This document shows positions 52,458 through 64,000 of a DNA stretch of 64,000 nt, piece by piece. A program made the translations under genes and the position numbers. Source of the DNA: Ascidiella aspersa (taxonomy: Eukaryota); contig OZ004612.1 in assembly GCA_963924565.1 (NCBI GenBank), positions 11,098,001-11,162,000 of the forward strand, in the 5' to 3' direction. Under the pieces are notes generated by a model that saw nothing but the letters and a program-made list of their open reading frames with translations, had not been told where the DNA came from and made no database searches. Position 1 is the stretch's first letter; each line of letters starts with the position of its first letter.

Positions 52458-54798
52458 CTGAGTTTAGTGAGTCTTTTTTTTCTAATGGACATTCCCGATA
52501 CAGGGTTGGTATCCTGTTATTGTACTCTACATCATTGGAAAACTGTATGGTTGCTGATATTAAGCCAAATAACGTCATTACCCCATAGTCGAATGAACAA
52601 AATTGATGAAATTTGGATTAGAACGGTACTTTTTAAGTTATCAAAATAAAATTTGCTTGGCTTTAGTTTATGGTTATGCTTTTCTAATAAAATAACCTTA
52701 AAAATTGAAAAGTGCCGCGTTGTAGGCATATCACAAACCATAGCTAAACTGTTTATAGCACTTTAGTATCGTATAGTTACCCTAACCTCATTGCCTCTTG
52801 CCTCCCACTGTATCCGCCCCTAGGATAATAATATTACCAATACTATCACTTGACGTTTGGTATCGGTTTTAATTCGATATTATCAACATCTCTACTCTCT
52901 ATCATGTCACAAAAGAAAGTGCGTATAGCCTACGCCTACAGTTTTTATATATTTTTGTCAATAGCTAAAGACTTATTTTCCTTACAAATTGCCATTGACC
53001 GATGTCGTGAGATCGACAGTCATTGCACGCTAGTTTAGTTCTCTTTGTTTGAACCGAAAGGTAAAAAAAGTTTTTCATTTTATTTACATGATGTAATTGC
53101 TTTATAAGGTATATTCTAAGAGCTTTTTTATTGTGTATCGACGTGGTTCTATGAGCGAAATAAAATTCTTTTTTACACATTTTAAAGTATGCAAACTTAT
53201 TTCTTTTTCAAATACGTTTACCGAAAAGCGGACAAACAAGTTACAAAACTGAAAAAAATGCTAAGAAAACATGTCGGTCATTGGGCAGGGTGGTTAATTG
53301 CATGTAACATTTTTTTCCATAGATATAAAGCATTTTTTGTAAGTATTGTACAACTCTTAAATTTTAAGTTTGACTCGGCGTGGGACTAAACAAACAGCAA
53401 TTCGACCGTTTGTTTATTTTTAGCCTATAGACATTTAAACGGCTCTATCATTTTTATCACGAATGACATAGACATTAGACAAGCGCGCCCCGAAGAAGAA
53501 AACGCTGAACTAATTTTTTACGCGAGTCAGGGACTGCGAATGCCGCGGCAGAGTGCTTTCGAGTTTGCGTTTAAAGGATCGAATGGTGCTCCAGGGCCAT
53601 CGAGGCAGGGCGCTTGACCTTGCCGAGTTGCCAATGATGTGTCGAGCGGCCCCCCTCCCACACTGTCGGGCCCTGGCACGCTTATGTAGCGATATCAAAG
53701 ACCACTCGATCGACTGAGAAGTGTGAATTATTTTATATCGATTTCGCAACATTTTCGAGCCCGTACGGTTGCCGGGCGTAGCGACGCAAACAGACTGTCA
53801 TCAGATCGATGAAATCGGGACGGGCGCGCCACTTGGAAAGACAAAGAAAGTATATAGAAAGACCGAAAAGTTAACGAAACGGGCAGACTTTGCTGTGACG
53901 ACGCGGTCGCGCCATTATGGCAACGGGACGCGGGTGGCGAAACAACACAGTTAAAATTTATAACGCGCTATGACAGCAGTGGCGAGCAGAGAAAAAGGTG
54001 AAGGGTGGACATGGACAGGTCCCTGGCGGTCAAATTTAAGGTACAGCCACTCGAACGAGGCGAATCTCTGAATGTTGCACAAATAGGATGTTGTGTAAGA
54101 AAGAAGGCAATTTTCGCAACAATTGAAAACAAGCAAGCCGTGGGATTTTTTACTTCAAGTAAAAAGCGGTTAATCAAACTCAATCTGAATAAAACTACTT
54201 CTAAAATTGGCATCAAAACATAGAGTTGTTAACATTACTCTGCACGCAACTGGCTAAATTAAAACGTTGCTATATTATGCTGACGTGTTTGCAAGGCACA
54301 AATGGTTATGCTGACGGTCACAATGTGAACACAAAACATATGCTGAGGCGTTTGCAACAGGAAAAAGTAAGCTGACACAGACAACTTAACATTATTTTAA
54401 CATTTTTGGCCACGTCCTGTATACGAAAAATATAATCCGAATTCAAGGTATAGCCATGTTAATTTTGATTCGAGGGACTTTTTGCTGATTTGAAACGTTA
54501 GGGGCCAAAAACGGCATCAGTCAGCCTAAGCGCTATATAGGCCTAATAAAGGCATATTCCAAATTCCAAAGAAGCATTTCAGCCTTCACCATTGTAGTTT
54601 CGACGTGAAATCTTGTTTCCGCAACGGTGTAGATTTAATTTTCAAAGAAGCAGTTGGCCAAGCGTACAGGCAATACTGCAGTTCTCGTTGCGTTGCGTTG
54701 TAATCTTCTCACAACCGTAAATCGTTTGTTCGTTTCATCCTATTCGCGACAGACAATAGAACATGTTGAAGAAAAAAATAACAAGGACACTCGGACGG

Positions 54799-55116
54799 TT
54801 AGGTAACCGGCTTTTTGTCCAGCAACCTGTGGCGATGATGGTGCCGCCACCGTCTTCGTTGACCGGCGCTGCGTTTTTCGTGCCGTTCGGCGTCTTTTGC
54901 TTGTTCGCGACGAATCATTGAGCCCAATCGCCTCAGAGACAAATCAGGTGATTTCATATATCTAGGATTGTTCGAATTGGCCTTTGGCCGCAAGTGCTGC
55001 AACACCCCCGGCAAGTTCCGTGGCGTTTCGGGTGAAGATTTTGTCGACTTTCCGAGGTGTAGCAGCAACAGCAGAAGACACAGACTGGCGGCAAAACTGG
55101 GCCGCCGAAAGTACAT
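54799..55116 (-). CDS. Secreted neuropeptide-type precursor, 105 aa, CRF/urotensin-I/DH44-like candidate
   Basis: aagATG start; signal peptide MYFRRPSFAASLCLLLLLLHLGKSTKS; motif SPDLSLRRLGSMI resembles the CRF-family core S-[IL]-D-L-[TS]-[FL]-x-x-L-x-x-M-I; RR/KR/RRR sites; GC-rich island in AT-rich DNA; ATTAAA at 54639-54634. The secreted-precursor call is firmer than the family assignment. Confidence 0.65.
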   Translation of the reverse strand: MYFRRPSFAASLCLLLLLLHLGKSTKSSPETPRNLPGVLQHLRPKANSNNPRYMKSPDLSLRRLGSMIRREQAKDAERHEKRSAGQRRRWRHHHRHRLLDKKPVT

Positions 55117-57077
55117 CTTTTTCACCTCGGGCGAAAACTTTACGGCACCTCGACTATATGTTACAGCATACTATAATTTCTACAAATGTACACATTGCCT
55201 GATGGGTTTCCTCATCCCTGTAAATAAAGACTTACTCTCATTAATTAAGAGTATACACTTTTATTCCAACCCCTTAACTTGAAGTGACATTTTTTTCTAA
55301 TCTTAGTAACCTTATTTGGAAATACTGCATTTCTTACTGCCTGATTTCAATTAAAGTCTAATTTTATTTAACATTTTTCCAGGTTAATCAACGCTAAAAA
55401 TCGCCTACATCTGGCAGCAAATATGAAAGCACGCTGTAGTCGCTCTTTGAGCTACGCCGAGAGCTTTAAAATAACTTAAACGCAACGAAGCGATACGGCG
55501 GCACGAAAATCTGGTAACATTTAAACTCGCTGTACCAACAAAACTCTAGGGTCTGTATACTCAAAGCTATAACTCTCGGTTTTCGAGCGAAAAAGATTTA
55601 ACCCAGTAACTAAATCATCGTTACGCGGTCGGAACTAAACTAAACGAGAAAAAAGCCGCCGGTACGCGCGCCGGCCGCCATCATCGCGGCGATGCCCTGG
55701 AGGCCTAAAAAGGCATTTAGATTCCTTATCGGCCTAACTATTGCAAGCCAAAACTGCTCCGGCGCACCGCTGAGCCTGGCGGACCGGCAAAACGGTGAAG
55801 AAAGGCGGCACTGTGTTGCAAAACTACGAAGGCAAGCGTGGCCTCATTAGTTCCCGGCCGAGGCGCGCCCGCGAAGCCGGTTAATCCTCTTAGCGCGATT
55901 GCACAGAACTCTCCCGACTAAACATCCGGTCCGAAAAGGCCTGGCGAGCCGGCAGACCGCACTTCGAATTCGTGATGAAGTGCGCTGTGGGACGTGTGCA
56001 CTTCCAGCGTTCTCAAATTTACAGCAGCTAATCTCCAGGTTTATCTACTAGTGTAACTGGTATTCTTGATAACGATTATTGAAGCTTTGCCTAATGCATC
56101 AAAACGTCCAGTGTGGTCCCGCACATCTTGTCCTATGAGAGGTATTTAAACCGAGCAATTGTTACAGTTGTCCGCTACACGAAATCGCTGAACGAAATAA
56201 CCTAACAAGAATATAAAACATTACGACTATCTTTTTTAAAGTTGGTTGGTTGGTTGCTACTTACGACACAGTATTCACATTGCAACGACGTTATAACTTT
56301 GTGCAAACAGCAAACGAGGCATTAACTGTAGGTAACTTGACAGAATTGCATTCATTTAAGAGTTTGCATTCATTTAGGAGCCTTACAGCGAAAAAAATTG
56401 CATTCATTTAAGAGCCTTACAGCGCGAATCTGTGAACACATAGAAAAGGGTAAACGGCGCGTCACGCTGAATTAACGTTCTCATGCAAGAACAAAACATA
56501 AAATAAAAGTTTTTCCTGGAATTTAGACATATAAAATAGGCATTTAGATAGTTATGGTTTGCCAAAAAATATTTTGGGTGGGGTAGTGGGCATGCCCTCG
56601 TTATTCCCTGGAACCGCGTTATAAGAGTCACTTTTGTTTTTTCAGCTATTGGTGACATTTGACAAAATTAAAATAGCATTCAAAACTTTTCGAGAAACTT
56701 CGATTTTGAACACTTTTTATTTTTTATTCAATGTAATTAACGAAACACAATTCGAAAGCATTTTAAACTCGTAGTAAGGGTAGCTCGGTACATTTCACAT
56801 GGTTTGTTAAAGTAAGTTACGTGCAAGTGGTACACTGGCTGCTGTTGAATCCGTGCAAACCAATTCGGTTGAAATTTCGATTCACACATTGCCACGAAAT
56901 CGTCATTCCCAACCAAATGTGAGGGGCGTATTGGAACATAGCTGTCCTTCTAACTGCAAAAGAACTCATTTGCAGCTGATCACTGAAGAGTAAGTACATA
57001 TACACACATTTGTAAGCAATTCTGCTGAGAAATCTGTTGGGATCAGAGTTCTTTACGAGTGATTTTCATCTACAAAC

Positions 57078-60000
57078 ATGATTTCGTGGGAGTCGTCCTC
57101 GTTTAAAATGGTAGTTGTTCTGTTGAGTTTGCAAGTTTCACGCGTGGTAGCAGATGTAAGTAATATAAAATATAAACTACACACTATTAAGCTTTTTGAA
57201 AATTATAAGTTTGAAGAAAACAATTTTATTAAATCCAGGGTAATTCGTATGGTTACCGGAATCGGAAGCAAGGTATTAAATTAAGTATTAAAAATGCCAT
57301 ATCGTGTTTACCGCATACTATCTGCACATCATTTATAAAACAGACGTTATGCAAATGAGCGGTTTTAAGATATTATTGTATTAGGTTAAATCATGACACA
57401 ATTATTGGACCTAAAAGGGTGACATGCATAACACATGTATAAAGAATTTAATGTTGACTTTAAGGGCGTGGTGATACCTTGCAATAAATGGCTGTTGTTT
57501 TAATCTTATGCTATTTTGACTGGTCGATATTCGCGAAAAAACAAGTTTAGGCAAATCGTTCAGCAAACTAAAATGTTCGCAGATGATTGTCAACGATGCC
57601 GTTACTGCAGCCGGACCTATAGCCACCGTTGCTGGATTCGTGGATGCCAGACAAGCACGTACGTATATTTGTAGAAGCACGTCTATGAATATTTAGTAAA
57701 ACAGCTTTTAGTAAGACACATTTTTACAAGACAAAAGCAGTGGCACAATGAGCTAATTAAAAAAATAACCTAATTAAAATACAAAAGTTGATAGTATTGA
57801 CAACTAATCGTTTAAACAAAAAATCCTAGTAAATTTAAGAAGCCTTTTGAAAATGTAAACCTGTTTTGTATCGGTATAAGGTAAAATACTCAAATGCATG
57901 CATATCAAGAACGGTGGGTTCGCATTTTACAACCAAAGCACACAACACAAGGCTTTTTGCATTACAGGGCATAAAATTTGCGGAAACGTTTTTAGGTGTG
58001 CCAAACTTTAGGCGGTTTTGAAATGTTAAGCCACCATTTATTGGTATAAGGTCAAAGCCCAAATCATGCATGCATATCAAGAGCGGTGGGTTCACATTTT
58101 ACAATCAAAACACACAGCACAAGGCTTTCAGCATTTCGAATTGCGGGAAACGTTTTTAACTGTGCCAAAGTTTAGGGTTTTTTTTAAAGTGGCTTACGGC
58201 ACGAGCCGCTTTGGCAGTAGCACAATAGAACCCAGCGCCCTTGCGGATAGAGTCGGTAACCGAGCAAAACAAAAGCTTATTGTGCTGTCACCAGAGTGCA
58301 TCGATATGGTGAAGGTCAGCACCGACTTGGTCTACGAGCAACGCGACGCAACCCGTGCCCTGTGCGGGATTTACTTCATCGCCGAGCCGAACGAGTTGGT
58401 GGCCATTCAGCTGCACGGCGTCGATATCCACTGTGAACAAGGAGAGTTTGTGGAGGTAATGCGGTTCATACACACTTTTTCGCGTATTTAAAACTTTCTT
58501 TATAACCAAAATGTTATTTAGAAAATGCTGCTATCAAGCCAATTATGGAGTTAGTCCAGCGGCAAACCGACAGCTCCCAGGGGTAGTAGGCCTACAGACT
58601 ATGGGCAGCGTTACTAGAAAAAACATGATTTAAACATACTCCGAAAAAAGGCGCCCATACTTAATTAACTAAATATGTTTTGGGGAGAAAAACTGAACAA
58701 ATCTGAAATGTTCATCGTTCGTATATTTACAAATGCACTTTTATGCACCCGAGGGACCGACCTTGCACAGTAGATGTTAATTAACCTACAGTACATGTGT
58801 TGCAGACCAAACACTCTGCAATTCTAAACCAATTAGTTTGTTTTATTGCATTCTAGAAGCAGTGGCTTGATATTGTTTTACGAAACCCAATTCGTGGTGA
58901 AACTAGACTGTTTTAATGAACTTTAATTTTTAACACTGAGCATTAAAAAAACACGTAAAGCACAATAAAGCCGCAAAAACCTTCGAGAGTCATACGAAAC
59001 CAAAAGAGAACACGACGTTTAATCTGTTGCAAAAAAATTCTTTAACCCAGGGGTTGTCTTTAACTCAGGGCTGCGGAGTCGGACTCAGGACTCGAGTAAG
59101 ACTAGGTAAAACTACCCGAGTTCCGAAGTGCGCATGCGCATTACCAAATTTCAAAACTGATAATTCAGCAAACTGTAAAATGTGAAAAGATCATAGAAAA
59201 TGGTGAAATATTTGCCAACCACGTATTGTGGGCAGATGAATTATATGACACCCCTATTAGTACTTAATATCCACCTTATTTTACTCACGTAAATGGGTAG
59301 AATACAGCCTGTGGATCGGACCCGGATTAGGGACTCGACAAAATCGCACATTAAGCCGGAGTCGGACTCTAGTTATTTTTAACTTACTTCTCAGCCGTGC
59401 TTAACCATGCTGTTCAGATTTTCGACGGATGGATGGCGCGGGATCGCATTCTTCCAAGCGAGCAGGATCACCCAACTCCTACCTCGTCGCGCTTGCACGA
59501 TTACTGCCGCTATCGCAAGTCGTCCAACGCCGAGAGCCTGGAGTTTCTGTCCAGCCAAAACTTCGCCCTCGTACAGTTTAGGCTCAAGCCTGGCAGTCGA
59601 TTGTCGATAGCCTACCGTCGCGTAACGGGGGCAACTCACGGTAAAGTATACTGCAATTCGTAGTACGAATATCAACGCACATACGTCTTACTACAACCTC
59701 CAACCATTAAGCTCTTATACTGCAATTGTTTTGGAGTATCAAAAAGTATGATTACAGCGGATGAGAACCGATGACCAGTGTTGTAATGACTCCAGTCAAT
59801 GACTTGGCGATTACACGAGGAGCATATAAATTACTGGTTTAAATAACTTGACCTGATGTACGTATTTTGGTTAAAATGACTTGACATAGTAATACATTTA
59901 AGTAAACTCGGGGAATTTAACAATTATTAAAAGAGGTGTAGAAAATAAGCTCCTTGAAATTATTACCTGTACGGGATTCAATGTTAGCAAAATATGTTTT

Positions 60001-61096
60001 TTGTACATAAAATAAATTATCGATTATCTGTATCGGGGTAAAAACACAAAGTATCGAACATCCTTATAGTCAATACCCATTGCCTAAAACATTTCTTACA
60101 AGCGTTTTGGGATTCAACATGCAGAAAAATGCAACGTAATCATACCAGAAGAGGAAGGCGAATATACGATGCGATCGTTCGTGGATAGAAATTGCACGTT
60201 CTCCATCGTCCAAAGCTCTGTGGTGGTAATCAAGGAAATTAAACTTTCTTCTGCGAAGGTGATATAAACATCTAAATGTAACGTTTCTTGAAACAGTTAC
60301 TTTTGTTGAATACCCTACCAAACGTTTTCTAATTCGTTTAGTGTGCTCAAGTCTACATAAATTATAAACATAAATTGTCGTAAGTTAACTTTTGCTTAAG
60401 TAGACTAGGCCTATATCAAAATTGGACTGTAAGAGGCGCCTTCCTATTTTTTAAATGTCTCGCCTCCTCAAATATCTTTAACAAAATTACAGATGACTTA
60501 TACAACTCTGCAGATTTAATTTTTACGTTTGATAAACATCTAAAATAAATGTCTTTAGGATTTGATTTTTGGGCGTTTGCTTATCATTATACCGTGTTTT
60601 AATTGTTGAAAGGACCAATTCTAATACAACTGAGGTATTTTTCAGGATTCAGTTGTTGAAATCCTCAAAGGTGATTCTTTGGACCCAACGGAAATGACTT
60701 TAGTCAAAAGTTTTAAAGGCCCTATACACTTCACTAGTGAGTTTTAAATTTACTAATATGATAATTACATACGGTAATATAAATTAAATATTGTTACAAA
60801 TCGTAATATAAATTTAATATTGCAGTGTAGTGCATAAGTAAAGCAATAGGCTTTTTTATTTATTTGATTGTGTATTTGAGCAAAGCACATTTGTTTTAAA
60901 CCTGGAAGTTAGACATAATTATAATCGTTGCTACTGCTCAAATGTCCCTATTTCAGAGGACCAAAGACTCATCTTGGATAAAGACCACGCAGCTGTACGT
61001 ATGACGTCATCTAGACGTCACACAGATGATTTCGTGCGCTTTACCTTTGCCAAACTGGACAGTGAAGAAGCTTTAAAGGCTGAAATCTGCACGTGA
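57078..61096 (+). CDS. CRHBP: Corticotropin-releasing hormone-binding protein (CRF-BP), 7 exons, 300 aa
   Basis: Exons: 57078-57155, 57583-57658, 58295-58455, 59418-59640, 60125-60258, 60646-60736, 60957-61096. All are GT-AG, phases 0/1/0/1/0/1, total 903 nt. Signal peptide; QCIDM...CGIYFIAEPNE...DIHCEQGEFVEIFDGW...PSEQDHP...DYC...SSQNFALVQFR...KCNVI...RNCTFSI...VEILKGDSLDPTEM...AVRMTSS...EIC, which match the remembered human CRHBP blocks (CLDM, FISEPEE, VFDGW, SSQDHP, SSQNVA, PCNVI, RNCSFSI, GLDPSKM, VVRMVSS). AATAAA at 61115-61120. Confidence 0.93.
57866..58195. repeat. ~173-bp tandem duplication in CRHBP intron 2
   Basis: GGTATAAGGT...ATGCATGCATATCAAGA.CGGTGGGTTC.CATTTTACAA.CAAA.CACACA.CACAAGGCTTT...GAAACGTTTTTA..TGTGCCAAA.TTTAGG occurs twice. 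Confidence 0.85.
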
Positions 61097-61267
61097 CCTC
61101 GATAAGCCAATCAGAATAAAAACAAACAAATTACGCGAAGTCTCTGCTTAACTTTGTTGGCAGTAAATCAGAGGTGTTGTAAATCACAAAATATCTAACA
61201 TGATTTCTGAAAATTAAACTATAAAAATCGATATGTTCCACCCAGTAGCTTGTTGAAGGGGTTAGAT

Positions 61268-61696
61268 CAGCGGTTCCCAAACTGGGGTCCGCGGACCATC
61301 TGGGGTGCGTAAAACAGTTTCAGAGGGTCCGTAAGGAGAATTAGTCTTTCAACATTAGGTTTAGCGAATTTAATAAATAGTCTTATCATTAGTCTATGTT
61401 TTAAACATTATCTATCATCATTATTGTCTTTAGTTATGCTTTATTATTCGATCAAATAGCGTGTTTTATCACGTCTCTTGTGACATCACAAAGCATCTAT
61501 TATGCTGTACTATACTTGCTACGACTTAGCGAATCGTTCGCTTTAGGTAGAAAGTTGTTACATTTGAAATAATCGTTACTGCACTAGTGCCATACAAGAA
61601 ACCTGGGCCAACCGAGCCTTGAATTTTATAGAGCCGCGAAATATCAAAATAATTGCAACGGTTCCACAATTTTTTAGAAAAGTTGGGGAACCGCTG
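61268..61696. mobile_element. hAT-type MITE just 3' of CRHBP
   Basis: TIRs CAGCGGTTCCCAAACT / AGTTGGGGAACCGCTG; 8-bp TSD ggttagat / ggttaaat. Confidence 0.8.
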
Positions 61697-63561
61697 GGTT
61701 AAATAATCGTTTGATTATTTTAACGCCTTACTCTTGCTTAGTATTTATTTTAAGATGTCTTTTTACGTAAAAGTTATTTTTTTCTGTATTTGTTTAATGG
61801 TTTATTTAATATATAAAAACGTACTACGGTACGTCTCAAAGGCCGAAAACGTTTTAGGGCTAACATAAGAAGGGTACAAATCATTAGATATACCCCTTTG
61901 GTTTTGCAAAATAAAAATTGTCACAACTGTACATATAAAATATTGCACGCGTCACCAAGCGTTCCTTCGTATGTGACAATAGTTTTTATTAATGACTTAA
62001 TTATTTTAAAATAAAAAAGAGGTTTAATACATTGTAAGGTCACATCTAATCCTATTATGACTATTATTCCGGCGTACACAATATTTAAAGTAATATGCCG
62101 ATAAATTGTTTTTACGTTCCAACCACGTGAATTTAGAGATTTGTTTATTGCCACATAATTTTCTTACTACTGTGCGTTGCTACAACAGAATAAACCGGTG
62201 TGACTAACTGAAAAAGGCACTTTGATTAAAGTAAACTTGTTTTTTTTCGAACTATCTGTATATATACGATATTTTCGACGACAATCAATTGTATTGTAAA
62301 AAGTTATTCGGAGGGGTCGTATATAAACAATACAGCAAGCTTGTCTGTCATACTCTCATTTGGTCCCAGTTTGTAATATAAATACTGAAGCCTCTCCATG
62401 TGTTTTCCGATGAATTTATCTTTTTTGCCAAACACGTATCTCATAAGAACTTGAATAAAACGGCAGTGCAAACTTGTAAATATGTGTATTGAAATTTTTA
62501 CTGCATTACAACAGACCACATTTATAAGGGTAAAACGTTACCTGCGGAGAGTTTTGTTGTTGACGAGTGTGTTTCGACGAATGCAGGCAAATGAACAATG
62601 TAAACTGGCAAACGCCACAGCACGTGTAATTTTATTTACCATGATTTAAAATATATTACGTTTAAAATTCAGCAATTTGTGACGCGTATCCGTCTAAATA
62701 CGATGAACTCATGTCTTTGAATTCCACACGAGTATAACTTTCCATAGTGGTAAATTCGAATACCGAAATAACACAACTGAGATGTCGAGCGTATGCAGAT
62801 TTGATGAAATTATTCGGCAAGCAGGACCAGAAAATGAAAAACAAAAATATCTAGCACACGAGTAGAAAGCTTGTTTAGAAAGACCTCAATGCAAAGTAAA
62901 TATCGCAGGCAAACAAACATCTGTAATCGTACTCCATCATATCAAGTACGTTAAAACGTTTCTTATTTGCATTAATTCAAATGCATAAAGAACATAATCA
63001 CTGTAGCGATATTCGCAAAGAAAAAGAAAGCAATTGATAATTTATGAATTGGCAGAATAAACCTATGTTACTTGCAATAGTACTGGATAGTTTTGCGTTT
63101 TTTAAGGCGAATAACTTATATGATTTTTTTATGAAATAGCTTGCAGAAGTAATTGGAATCAAATGGTATCATGAAATACAATGATATATAAACTGGTCGC
63201 ACACAATGGCGCAAATGAATTAATTGAGAATAGGTTTTGTTATATTTTATAAAGGTTAATATATACTCAAAAAGTAGATTGGTGTAGCGTGATTTTGGAA
63301 ACAGTATTCAGAAGTTTGAGGATATTTTGGAGCAACGTTCAGAGTCCAATCTCATGCGATCACACATTAATAATAAAACAAAAAGCACCTTGTGTATCAA
63401 TTGTTGACTAAAGTAAAAAAAATGTCAAGTTCATTTTTTCGACCCCATGCGACTGCGCAACCCTTGTCGATATGGCTGAAACAATTTTGCATGATGTTGC
63501 GTATTACTGGGAAAAGGACGAACATGGGATAGTGGCGATTTGATAAATGCACGACAAACAA

Positions 63562-63600
63562 TGACGTCACGACACGCGTGATGACGTCACGATGACGCCT
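63562..63600. promoter_or_regulatory. CRE cluster in a GC-rich patch, possibly the promoter of a gene beyond the window
   Basis: TGACGTCA at 63562-63569 and 63582-63589, plus TGACG at 63593. Confidence 0.45.
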
Positions 63601-64000
63601 TGCGCGGACGAAGCTTGGCGCTGAAGGAGGGCGAGGCGTTCATATAGTCGGCCATGAGGGAAACCAGCTCAAACATCTGTCATTCAAAGGTTAAGGTAAA
63701 ATATAAACAATACCTTTAGGATACAATAACAAACCTGAAACCTTAAAAAAGAAAATCAGCAAGGTAACTACTATTTTAGGCAAACAACCCTTAGGGCCGA
63801 TTTAATAAACCTTAAAAAAACTTACTTTACGAATCAAAGACTATATTAGCGATAAATCCGAAAATAGTCTAAATGAATCCCTTATTCAAGGTCCAATATC
63901 ACACAGGTTATGTATTTCGGTTTATTTTCCTTATCAAACTCTATACTGAATTATACATGGTTTCAAATCTTGGTTGACCTACAACTCGACGTTTCTCCTG

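Noticed and set aside
58066-58294. N-terminal part of the 141-aa ORF upstream of CRHBP exon 3
   Set aside because: Intronic tandem-duplication sequence that happens to be open; homology starts at the acceptor at 58295.
1-64000. tRNA, rRNA, autonomous transposase or reverse-transcriptase genes
   Set aside because: None recognisable by eye; only short non-autonomous elements were seen. An Infernal/RepeatMasker run would be needed to exclude small ncRNAs.

Overview
AT-rich, intron-containing animal DNA. An invertebrate chordate such as an ascidian is the best fit, inferred from vertebrate-like intron positions plus many short hAT-like MITEs; the species cannot be determined here. Three spliced genes could be rebuilt by hand with GT-AG junctions and consistent phases: (1) a RASD (Dexras1/Rhes)-like GTPase on the - strand, 4 coding exons, 409 aa; (2) RBBP6 on the - strand, 21 coding exons, about 2070 aa; (3) a CRH-binding protein (CRHBP) on the + strand, 7 exons, 300 aa. 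Between RBBP6 and CRHBP lie three single-exon ORFs: a 133-aa multi-TM orphan head-to-head with RBBP6, a 468-aa disordered orphan, and a 105-aa secreted precursor with a CRF/urotensin-I-like motif. The most striking observation is that this putative CRF-like precursor is transcribed divergently about 2 kb from CRHBP, suggesting a candidate ligand plus binding-protein pair on a shared promoter. Both partners look atypical: the peptide is not amidated and the CRHBP lacks 3 of the 10 canonical Cys. Also noted are a RASD without a CaaX box and with a Met-Cys N-terminus, a possible DWNN-only RBBP6 isoform, phased Maf-like sites and several MITEs and duplications. All homology calls come from remembered family motifs, not database searches.
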